A stretch of 64,000 nt of DNA from Camelus dromedarius. Taxonomy: Eukaryota. Numbering within the stretch: position 1 is the first letter of the stretch; every line of letters starts with the position of its first letter. Both the position numbers and the translations under genes were made by a program. Where the stretch lies: the NCBI RefSeq assembly GCF_036321535.1, contig NC_087436.1:70496001-70560000 (forward strand), given 5' to 3'. Shown piece by piece: positions 54,831 through 64,000 of this stretch. Under the pieces are notes generated by a model. That model was not told the DNA's origin and ran no database searches. It saw only the letters and a program-made list of their open reading frames with translations.

Positions 54831-55529
54831 TGCATATGTGTGTGTGTTAAAGATTAATATGTCTATGGAAATGTATTCATTTAGCTATTTATCATTTCTT
54901 ATAGTTTTGAATATGAAAGTAAGTCTGAGGATTTTATATATACATTTAATTGTATTTTTTAGAGTACTACAGTGGCCTAATGATTTGATAAATTGTGTAA
55001 GTTTTAACAACTGTGGTATCGACCTGTAAACTCTTAACTCAGAAGAGAAATGAATACTTAAAATGTTAACTGTGTAAACCAGTTGGTGATAGCACATTAA
55101 TAACTTAAAGAAACAAATAGTTATTTCTTTTTATACTTTGGTTTGAGAGCTAAGACTTTACCAGATGGTGGACTTTGACAAGGAGAAAATACAAAATCCA
55201 AAAGTCCTCATTTAACCCACAGAAGGGAATTTGCATGTAAACTTGTCAGGCTCAGTATGAATTGTTCATTATGATCATTATTTCTATTAAAAAATTTATT
55301 TTGAGGTAGCCTGCAGGGTGACCACAGTGGGATGCTTTGCAGACCAAAAATAAAAGAGTACATTCACAGATTGCCTTTTAGTGGGTAATGAACCAAATGT
55401 TCAATTAATTTACTTTTGGACTCTTTCATATGCCATTATGATTTCTGTCTCTTCTGAAGTCCAGTACATTTACTGTCTGTACTGTTTATATAGAAATCTG
55501 CCCCCCACCCCTTTAAATGAGATCATCCA

Positions 55530-55785
55530 TTAGAGTGGTGGCTACGATATGGGCTTGGAAATCACATAAGTGGGTTTGAGATCCTAGCACTTACTAATTG
55601 TGTAATCTTCGGGAAGTCCCTTAGCTTCTTTATGCTCAGTTTCCCTGTCTGTTATGAGAGAATAATATAAGAGAATAAAAGTAGTAGATAGTTCATAGGC
55701 TTGTGTAAAACAAATGATGTAAATGGAAAACACTTAACACAATGCCTATTACACTGTAACTATTCAAAAATGTTACTTCTTGCAT
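55530..55785 (+). mobile_element. MIR SINE
   Basis: 'gggtttgagatcctagcacttactaattgtgtaatcttcgggaagtcccttagcttctttatgctcagtttccctgtctg'. Confidence 0.75.
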
Positions 55786-57904
55786 ATTACATTTTTATCC
55801 ATAGCATTTTTCCTATTATCATGTGTTATCTTCCAGCTGTGAGTTCCTTGAGGACAGAGGTGTTATCTTAAAAAAATACTTTGTGTCATTTCAGTAAATA
55901 CCATACTGTATTGCATGAACTAAAAATTAATAAATATTAATTAAGTTACCAAATGAGAGTATAGGAACTGTGCTTCAAATATGGCTAAGCCCCCACTCCC
56001 CTCATTTCCATTTTGTTACATTGTGTCATTTTCCTAGTTGTGCTTAAAAAGAGACAGAGGATAGAAGCAGAGTAAGAGATCTTGTGAGGAACTGGGGCAG
56101 AATATATATTATTCATTCTTTCATTCATTCTCTTACTCATTGTTTCATCCCTACTCTTTTGGGTAACTTCACTGTGCACAAGATAGGCACCAAGAGCAGT
56201 TTAGGTAAGAGACGAAAAGCTGCAAAGACAAAGTACAGCGCTGCATAACGACACATCAAGCAGTGGATATTAAATGTCTTAATAGATGTGCACATTAAAT
56301 GTTGTGGTCCCTCAGGGTGGGAGGAGATTGCATCTAGCAGAGGAAAATAACTTACCTGAAATGCTCCTCCTTTTATTTGTGACTTACTCTACAGGGGCTG
56401 GCGACCGTGTTTTGGTGCAGCTTATGTAAAGATGGATTAAAGGGAAGGGTAAAATAAGGACAGTTTTCAAAAGTTAGATATTTTCCATTTCAGAGTTCTT
56501 AATGTAAGTTGCTTTGGGCAAGCGGTTATGTTTTTGTGTAATTGAAAATATCCGAGGTTTACTTAGTTATATCTAATTCATTAATATTCAAAGTGACTAT
56601 TAGGTGTACGATACAGTGTTGGTCTTTAAGGAAGGTGCGTAAGACACAGACCTTGTTAGACCTAGTTAGAGAGAGGTGGCACATCTTCAAAAGTTAGATA
56701 ATAATGAACAAACTGTATATTTGTTGGTGCCTCAATGAATAGTTCGGACAAAAAGTATTGTAATGGTTTGAATAAAGGAGGAATTCATGTTTCTGGGAAC
56801 GGTTAGTATAGGTTATTGGAAAAGATAGAATTTTCAACTGGGCCTTAGAAATTGAGTCAGAGTTAGGGAGGAAAGAAAAGAATATTCTAGACAGGGAAAA
56901 TGAAAAAGATCTGAAAATGAGCGGGTATGTTCTGTCATAAGACACTTCCGGGTTCCCGTGGGACACAAGGTTGGACCCACAGATTGGGGCCAGAGTGACA
57001 TGAAAGGCCAGCTGGCAGTGGGCATGGTGAAGAGGTTTTTTCCCATCTGCCATCTCTGATTGGTGGGTGGTGGCTGCCCAGATGGGCGCGGAGGCCAAGT
57101 TCAGGCTCCGCAGGAACGAGTGTGAAGGTGTGGAAGTGACGTCTGCCGTGGGACTGGTGGTGGCAGTGGGTGTGGCGGCATTCCCGTCCCACATTTGCCT
57201 TCTTCTTGTTGGCAGTGGGAATTTGGGAGCAGTGGGTGTCCCCAACCCTTGCAGACCATCATGTCATCGTAAAGGTGGACATGGGTCAGAGATAACCACG
57301 CTGGTGTAGGATCCTCCAGGAAATTCTGGAGCTACTCAAAAAAGCCAAAACACGTTTTAACCAGAGGACAGAATGAAAAAAACAAAGAAAGAAAGAAAAT
57401 CAAGGTATGTGAGAGGCATTAACTTCGCTTTGATCTACAGGCCTTATGTTCTGACAAAGGTGATTGGATGAACTTGACAGTTTCTCTGTCTCCCTCCTTT
57501 CTTCCCTCCCTGTCACCCTTTCTCATTTTTTTCTCCAGGTTCTCTTTTGTGATGAAACTAGATTAATATTTACTTAGAACCGTAATCTATTCATCTGTGA
57601 TGCAAGTTGATTTTCTGATGCTTTCATCTCCCCACTCCCCCTTATGAAAGTGAGGCTGAAGGGGTTTCTTTATTTTCCTCTTGTTCTTTAATTGGCTGTT
57701 TCCCAGAATGTACGCACTTGTGCTCTCATTCTTGAAGCCACTTAATTCACTGAGATAAAACATGCAGAACTTTTGACTGTTTTCTTTCTTACCTGATGTA
57801 TTTTCAACATAGAGGGCTTTTCCAGGCCAGTATCTGTGAGAGCTTTCTTTCTTAGAAGCTAGGCATATTTTACTAGTAAGGGCCAGTAATTTTAAAACAG
57901 ATTT

Positions 57905-58065
57905 AAATCTTGTATTTTATCATCATCATCCCATTTTCAGGTGGGGAACTTGAGACACAGAGATGTTAACTAACTTGCCTCAGGTCACACAGCAAACAAG
58001 TAACAGAGTTTGGATTCAGACCCTGGCAGCTGGGCTCCAGAGTCTCAGTGCAGTGCTGTGTCTTG
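57905..58065 (-). mobile_element. MIR SINE
   Basis: 'catcccattttcaggtggggaacttgagacacagagatgttaactaacttgcctcaggtcacacagc'. Confidence 0.85.
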
Positions 58066-58081
58066 TATTTAGCTCATTTCT

Positions 58082-58146
58082 TTATCTGAATTCAGGGCCT
58101 TGTGCATGCCAGCCATGCTCTCTCCCGCTGAAGCTATACCCACCCT
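58082..58146 (-). mobile_element. Truncated, diverged Vic-1-like SINE head
   Basis: The reverse strand reads GGGTGGGTATAGCTTCAGCGGGAGAGAGCATGGCTGGCATGCACAAGGCCCTGAATTCAG, which aligns with the heads of the SINEs at 19292 and 34879. Confidence 0.7.
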
Positions 58147-59077
58147 CTGTAAAATCTTATCAGAATTGATTTGAAGAGTGGTCGTCTTCTTCCTATTGTA
58201 CAGTTTATGAAATGGAGTGAGCATCTTTTCTATGCCCAGGCGAATTGTCATTCTCCTGTCTAAGTTTGGATCAGCTGCCAACATTTTATCCTTTGTGCTT
58301 TCCATGTCAGGAAATGTCTCTGAGCACTCTTTCAATGGGAAGTTTTTGTTTTGGCCAGACTCACTTCCTCTGAGACATTGTTATCATTCTGGTACAACCA
58401 CTTGCCTTACTATTTATGCTAATGAGTTTGCCTTCATTAAGTTTCTCTGACTGTACGTCTGGAGTCTCTCAAGTGGTGAACGGCAGCATCACCTACATTC
58501 CTGTACTCAGCTAGGTCTTCTGCAACTCCATTTGTGTTTGCCATAGATTTCACTTCTAGCATTAGCACTTCTTGTTTCTGTGCTGTGCTTCCATCTTTGT
58601 CGGCCAACTCCCCCTTTCGATTATCCATGTCGTATAAACTTATCAGGACAAGAAGGCAACACAGCTACTCACTTTGCTGTCTGTGCCTGAACTGGATGAC
58701 ACATGTGGTGACCAGTCACTGACGGACTTTGAAAGAGGCACTGTGATTGATCACCATCATGAAGCACATGTTATTTACATAGTAGTATTATAATATGCAA
58801 TCACACACATGTTATGTACATATAATTATGTACACATAATAATGTACATAACATGTATTGTGTACATATGATTATATGCACATAAATATGTAATTACATG
58901 CTTACATAGTAATTGGTGGACTGAAGAGCTAAAGTTTGTCCTTTAAACAATTACTCACAGTTAATATAGCACGCAGCTGACATTTCAGCTGTGTTGTAGG
59001 GGGACTAGTATTACTTAACCAAACTCTGGTAGCTGTAATTCACACTCATCAGACCTACGCAAAGTGAGGGCTCCCTC
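58147..59077 (-). mobile_element. Tigger13a-like (TcMar-Tigger) DNA transposon remnant, 3' end missing
   Basis: The reverse strand begins GAGGGAGCCCTCACTTTGCGTAGGTCTGAT (TIR-like). It carries decayed transposase N-terminal (MDNRKGELADKDGSTAQKQEVLMLEVK, 58437-58628) and C-terminal (KDKMLAADPNLDRRMTIRLGIEKMLTPFHKLY) peptides. The family name is from recall. Confidence 0.8.
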
Positions 59078-59084
59078 AATTCCA

Positions 59085-59700
59085 GACTATTTTATGGATA
59101 CATGTGTATTTTTCTTTACCAAAATAGGATCACTTTATGCATATGATTCTGTAGTTTTGTTTTTTCATTTAATATATGGTACAGATGTAAAAAAAAAAAA
59201 ACTCATCTTCATGTTTTATGACCACATGGCATTTTATTGAATGGGTTTCGTGTAGTTTATTTAACCAATCTTCCTTTTAAGCTTTTTCTGTTTTTCTCAG
59301 TTATAAACTATGCCACAGTGGTCACTTCTGTAGTTACGTCTTTGTGATAACAGCAATTATTTATTTGAAATGAACATCTTTCTAGTAGCAGAATAACTGG
59401 CTCACAGGATAGGTACAGTTTTAGAACATTTCCATATTTTTTTCAAATTTCCCTACAGAGAGATCTTCGCTTTTAGGCTGCACCAGCCATGTAAATTAAG
59501 AGGTGCCATTGCGTGTGTCCTAAACCCTTGCCAATACTGGGATTATCATTCTTTTTAATTTTTGCCATTTTAATTGGTAAAATGTATCTTATTTTATCTT
59601 ATTTCAGTAATTAGTTTTGATTACTAGGTAGGGTGAATATTTTTCATGGGTTTATTTCTAGTAAATGTATTTCGATATTTATGGAATTTTATTCTGTCCT
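59085..59700 (-). mobile_element. Ancient L1ME-like fragment
   Basis: 'gtagtttatttaaccaatc', 'tagtagcagaataactggctcacagg', 'cccttgccaatactgggattatcattctttttaatttttgcca', 'ttgattactaggtagggtgaatatttttcatgggtttatt'. Confidence 0.7.
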
Positions 59701-60149
59701 GTATTATAGCAGCTTTCAGATGATAGGGATTTTGTGTTTGTTTTATTAGGTTGAATACATACATTTCTACAAATTTCTACATATGTATATCTGTGTAGAT
59801 CTGTGTACTTGGTCTGCATTCACGTGTATATAACATTTTTGGTTTTACCTAGGGCTGAGAAAGAGTATCTGTGGCCCTTGGTTTTGTAGCATAACCATCA
59901 GTTTCCGGACACTTTCCTTTTTTTTTTTTTTCTGAGAAAGAGAAAATAACCCACGACTTGGGGGAAATTCTAGTTAATTTTTCATTACATGATTTTTCAG
60001 GAGACGGGTCAGGAGGAGCTACTAGGGCATTCAATTATGTACTTGAGCGTATTGGACATTTTTTTCCCCTCAGGTGTACAATGTTTTACTTGGGCTTGTT
60101 TTTCAAGGGCACTGAAGTGTGACTAAACATTTTTGGGTACCGCCATCAT

Positions 60150-60581
60150 GTAAAGAAGAGGCTCCGTCCTGTTAAATATTCCTTCAGCAGCTTTGCAGTG
60201 AGGCAGCCACGGGCAGTGAGGAGCCTGTGAGGGCTTGAGCTTTCGGCATTGGACGCGGGGAGGGTGGCGGGGGGGTGGGGGCCTGGGAGAAACTCAGGAT
60301 TGGGGTGCTCTGTTGCCCCCTCCCACTGCTGTGGAAGAAGCGATTGGCTCAAGCTGGTTTCTGTCTAATGCTTTCGGATGGGTCCCTAGTGAGGAAGGAG
60401 GGAAGGTCATGCGGTTGGACCTCAGCTCATCTGAGGGCTAAAGGTTCTTCATCGCACACCACCCAGAACCTCAGTGCTGTCCTTCTGGAGGGCGGTGGAG
60501 AGCTTAGAACCAAAGGAATAGAGAAGGGCTTGGATTCCTTTTTGTCTTTAGGTTGGGGACAAGGGAGGCTCATCAAGGAAG
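60150..60581 (+). promoter_or_regulatory. SLC4A4: Probable internal promoter and 5' UTR of the kidney-type NBCe1-A transcript
   Basis: Repeat-free, GC/CpG-richer segment directly upstream of the A-variant ATG, with GC/GT boxes (GGGAGGGTGGCGGGGGGGTGGGG, 60258-60280). NBCe1-A is known to use an intronic promoter. The TSS cannot be determined from sequence. Confidence 0.7.
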
Positions 60582-60838
60582 ATGTCCACGGAAAATGTGG
60601 AAGGGAAGCCCAGCAGCTTTGGGGACAGAGGAAGAGCTCGGAGTCACACTTTCCTCAGGGTTGTGCAGCCAGTGTTTAACCACAGTATTTTCACTTCTGC
60701 AGTCTCTCCTGCCGCAGAACGCATCCGATTCATCTTGGGCGAGGAGGATGACAGCCCAGCACCCCCTCAGCTCTTCACTGAACTGGATGAGCTGCTGGCC
60801 GTGGACGGGCAGGAGATGGAGTGGAAGGAGACAGCGAG
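60582..60838 (+). CDS. SLC4A4: First coding exon of NBCe1-A (electrogenic sodium bicarbonate cotransporter 1, kidney variant), codons 1-86 (partial CDS, phase-2 donor)
   Basis: Translation [10 protein letters not shown]...[63 protein letters not shown] matches the NBCe1-A N-terminus. The ATG has A at -3 and the donor is AG|GTGAGG at 60838/60839. Confidence 0.97.
60703..60838 (+). CDS. SLC4A4: 136-bp internal exon used by NBCe1-B/C (shared SPAAERIRF...WKETAR segment)
   Basis: Acceptor 'tattttcacttctgcAG|TCTCTCCT' with a candidate branch point TTAAC at 60676-60680. The junction falls in codon 41, where the A and B/C isoforms are known to converge. Confidence 0.92.
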
Positions 60839-62094
60839 GTGAGGCTCAGCGGACCGTGTGGTAGCCACCTGGGGAAACAAGGACGGGGCAGGATGCCTGT
60901 CTGTGAGCCCCTTCCTCTAACCTGAGCACTCTGAATGACTGATGAGCACGAGGCTGGCTGGATCAAGGAATTAAAGAATTCTCTTTCTTCTCTTTGACAT
61001 TGACAGAGATTCAGTACACCCTTAATTTCACTGCCGGAACATTGTTTCCTTGGTCTGCATTCTTATCATTTTCACACTTACACAGAATTAGAAGTAAATC
61101 TCCACTTATATGCTATGTAATAGCGAAATATTTAAAAGAGATAAACTGAAACACCTAAACAGGATAGCCTAGAGATTTGCACCCACAGTCTCCACATGCC
61201 TAGGTATCTTGTGAGACCGTGTCTTACTGATGGCTCATTTCCTGTTAGGAGGGAGGTTGTGAAGACAATAACTCTTACCCACAAACTTGCTATTATTCCA
61301 AGTAAAAATCTGTCATCTTTTAAGTACCCAGTGAAAGCAAGTAGAAGGTTCACTTGCATTGGGAATGTTAGAGACTTGTGTTCAATTTCAGACTCTTGTC
61401 ACCTGTCAAGATGTGTCACACTCAGTTTTTCAGAACTTTGATTTCATCATCAATAATTACTGGATAATAATGCCTACTGCATATAATATATATGTATGCT
61501 ATATAAGATACATAATAGATAAGTGTAAAGTAAGCTAGATATCTAATTATATCATGGATATTTATATACATACATACACATATATCTGGAAATGCTTTGT
61601 AAGTTGTTAAGCACAGCACAAATATCTAAAGTTTCATTAATCTCACAATAACAGAGCTTTTCTTCTTTTCTTCCTTTCTATATGTAGATTTGGTTAACAC
61701 TCTACTCTAAATCTTCTATGACACAAAATCATGTAATATAAAGTTGTTGATATGATGCAGTTTTTGGTCTCTCATTGTCCTTATATGGACAGTCTGTATT
61801 TGATCGTCCACAGAGTAATGTTAAATATGCCTTTTATAGACTGTAATTTAATTCAAATCAATTAAATTCAACCAGTGTTTTTTGAATGCCTAGTACATAT
61901 TGGGCCCTGTTTTAGGCCCTGGGAACACAGATGTGAGCAACAACTTGTTTCTGCTCCTCCATCTCTGGTGCTCCCTCTTGAAGCCCTTCATTCTTTGCAC
62001 TTTTGGGGCCTCATTCCATGAGACAGAAATTGTCTCTTATTCCCCTCTCTCAGGACCAATAACCCAGATATTAAAAGTCCTCTGCAAAGAACAC

Positions 62095-62610
62095 TTTTTT
62101 TATATTGAAGTCTAGTCAGTTTACAATGTTGTGTCAGTTTCTGGTGTAAAGCATAATGTTTTAGTCACACATATACATGCATATATTCGTTTTCATATTC
62201 TTTTTCATTATAGGTTACTACAAGCCATTGAATAGAGTTCCCTGTGCTGTACAGAAGTAACTTGTTGTTGTAGTAGATAAACAAGATTGTACTGTGTAGC
62301 ACAGGGAAATTATACAGGATCTTGTGGTGGCTCACAGTGAAAGAGAATGTGACAATGAATGTACGTATGTTTATGTATAACTGAAAAATTGTGCTCTACA
62401 CTGGAATTTGACACAACATTGTAAAATGACTGTAACTCAATAAAAAAAAAGCTTTAGAAAAAAGAAGTAACTTCTTGTTTACTTATTTTATATATAGTAA
62501 TTAGTATCTGCAAATCTTGAACTCCCAATTTATCCCTCCTCCTCCTTCCCCCTATCGTAACTGTAAGTTCGTTTTCTATGTCTGTGGGTCTGTTTCTGTT
62601 TCTCTGTAAA
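62095..62610 (-). mobile_element. L1 3' end (host element), split by a nested insertion
   Basis: Same family as the 11578 copy. The sequence is continuous once 62270-62462 and one TSD copy are removed. Confidence 0.88.
62270..62462 (+). mobile_element. Younger L1 3' end nested in opposite orientation, 17-bp TSD
   Basis: AGAAGTAACTTGTTGTT (62253-62269) and AGAAGTAACTTCTTGTT (62463-62479). AATAAA at 62439-62444 is followed by an A-rich tail. Confidence 0.9.
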
Positions 62611-63329
62611 GTATAATTTTCATTCATAAAACATTATCCAAAAGAAGACTCTAAAAGCAAAGACTTTTATTAGTATCTCCATTTCATTCTTTCTAACAGG
62701 AGAAAACAGAGTCAGAATCATAATGGTGCAGCCTGAGTTAAGTGTTGGGGAGACTGTGGCTTTGCTGCTAACTAGCTATTCCATTTTGGGCAAGTCGTGT
62801 AGTCATGTCGTCTTCCCGAGCTTGAGTTTTCTGTTCTATGAAATGAAAGCCATACTAGGTTCATCCTCTCTAACATCATGTGTATCTTCTAGCTCTAAAG
62901 TTCCATCCCTGTGTGTATAATGGTGTAATCTGCTGTGACTAGGAGACCTACCTTGAATCCTACTTTGATCCTAAAATTCTGTGCCAGTGCCCGTATGGAG
63001 TAGAATTCAGGTACAGCGCTCTGTTTTTGCTTTCCATCAAATGCAGACTATTCTTTATTTTATATGCCCCCTGGTCCAGGCAATGTGAAGAGATCACAGC
63101 TCATTGTATAGGTAATTCAACATTTCATGAGATGGACACAGCACTTTCATTTTAGATTCTTAAAGGTTAAGATGGTCTTGAATACCGTGTTTAAAGACTG
63201 TCCTTGGGAGCATGTATGTCATTTCAGTGTTGTCATTGGTCCCTGAGAGAGTATACTGCTGGAGAGGAAGTGTAGTGGGAATGTCCTGTGTACCGGGAAG
63301 AGACATACTCACAGAGTCTACACTCTATA

Positions 63330-63530
63330 ACTTCTCCTCTATAGGACTTGCCACAATTACTATTAATCAACCATATATGCGATTTTTTTTTTCATTTTGT
63401 CTCCCTCGTTACACTAATTCATCTGAAGTCAGAGACCACCATGTCTGTCTTTCATTACTGTATTCCCAGTGCCTTGCAGCACTTGGCATAATAGGTCCTC
63501 AGTAACATTTGTTGAGTGTGATTAGTTGAG
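63330..63530 (+). mobile_element. L2 3' end
   Basis: 'cagagaccaccatgtctgtctttcattactgtattcccagtgccttgcagcacttggcataataggtcctcagtaacatttgttgagtg'. Confidence 0.8.
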
Positions 63531-63779
63531 AACTGATTGCCTTAGAATCTACTGTTCTAAATATAATAATTTCTTAGAAATTTTACATGATTAGAGTTGA
63601 AATTCTGTGATAATCCATCTCTTTCTGACTGATGGCAGCTTAATGACAGACCCAAGGTACCCAGCACACCAAGTGTAAAGCCCAAAAGAGGACCTTTGTT
63701 TGATGTTTCAGACTAATTCATCAATATGCTGGTGCCATCTGTGTTTAGTTCTCTAGCCCAGACTTCTTGCCTTGTTTGA

Positions 63780-64000
63780 TTGAAAACAAATGTTTGAATG
63801 GGCAATAGGCATCTGAGATCACATGTTGGAAACTGAGCTTCTGATCTACCCACCTCATACCTGCTTCTCCTACAGAATTCCCCACCGCAGTGAACAACTC
63901 CCTTTTTCTAGTTCCTTAAGCCAGAAAGATTGGAGTCTTCCTTGATGTCCATCTTTCTCTACATCGCTTACTCGATCCATTGGCAAACCCTATCTAGTTT
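63780..64000 (+). mobile_element. L2 fragment
   Basis: 'aataggcatctgagatcacatgttggaaactgagcttctgatc...ttccttaagccagaaagattggagtcttccttga'. Confidence 0.7.

Larger units (their letters stand above)
1..60702 (+). other. SLC4A4: Intronic sequence of SLC4A4 (distal-promoter NBCe1-B/C transcripts), ending at acceptor AG 60701-60702
   Basis: No other recognisable exon upstream, and the region is repeat-rich. Established gene structure places the NBCe1-A promoter and start at the end of a very long intron of the B/C transcript. The B/C N-terminal exons are not seen in this window. Confidence 0.85.
60839..64000 (+). other. SLC4A4: Start of the next SLC4A4 intron
   Basis: GT donor at 60839. The expected next exon peptide (WIKFEEKVE...) is not visible before the window end. 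Confidence 0.85.

Noticed and set aside
58069..58628. Transposase-like ORFs as a domesticated TIGD-type gene
   Set aside because: Only short, disconnected N- and C-terminal remnants with no DDE core. This is an internally deleted non-autonomous element.
60840..60842. Premature stop suggesting an SLC4A4 pseudogene
   Set aside because: The TGA lies within the splice donor GTGAGG and is intronic. The exon ends at 60838.
1..64000. Prokaryote-style systems (operons, CRISPR arrays, defence islands)
   Set aside because: The sequence is mammalian intron. No regularly spaced repeat-spacer array or gene-dense region was seen.

Overview
This is mammalian genomic DNA, probably from a camelid, judging by three Vic-1-like tRNA-derived SINEs. 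It lies inside the SLC4A4 (NBCe1, electrogenic Na+/HCO3- cotransporter) gene on the + strand. About 60 kb is the long intron upstream of the first exon shared by all isoforms, densely filled with old repeats (L2, MIR, L1M, MLT1 LTRs, MER5A, Tigger13a) plus younger L1 3' ends and SINEs. The only supportable coding sequence is 60582-60838. It comprises the kidney-type NBCe1-A start (41 unique residues, from an internal promoter) running into the shared 136-bp exon (acceptor AG 60701-60702, donor GT 60839-60840). The other ORF-track entries look like noise or repeat remnants. I found no convincing new biological system. The most interesting observations are a nested, opposite-orientation L1-in-L1 that builds a long RNA hairpin just downstream of the exon, a probable L1 3' transduction, a 171-nt pure pyrimidine tract grown in a SINE tail, extra splice acceptors and a uORF around the NBCe1-A start, and several candidate enhancers. 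Repeat families and reference sequences were recognised from memory. Repeat boundaries are approximate unless target-site duplications (TSDs) are quoted.
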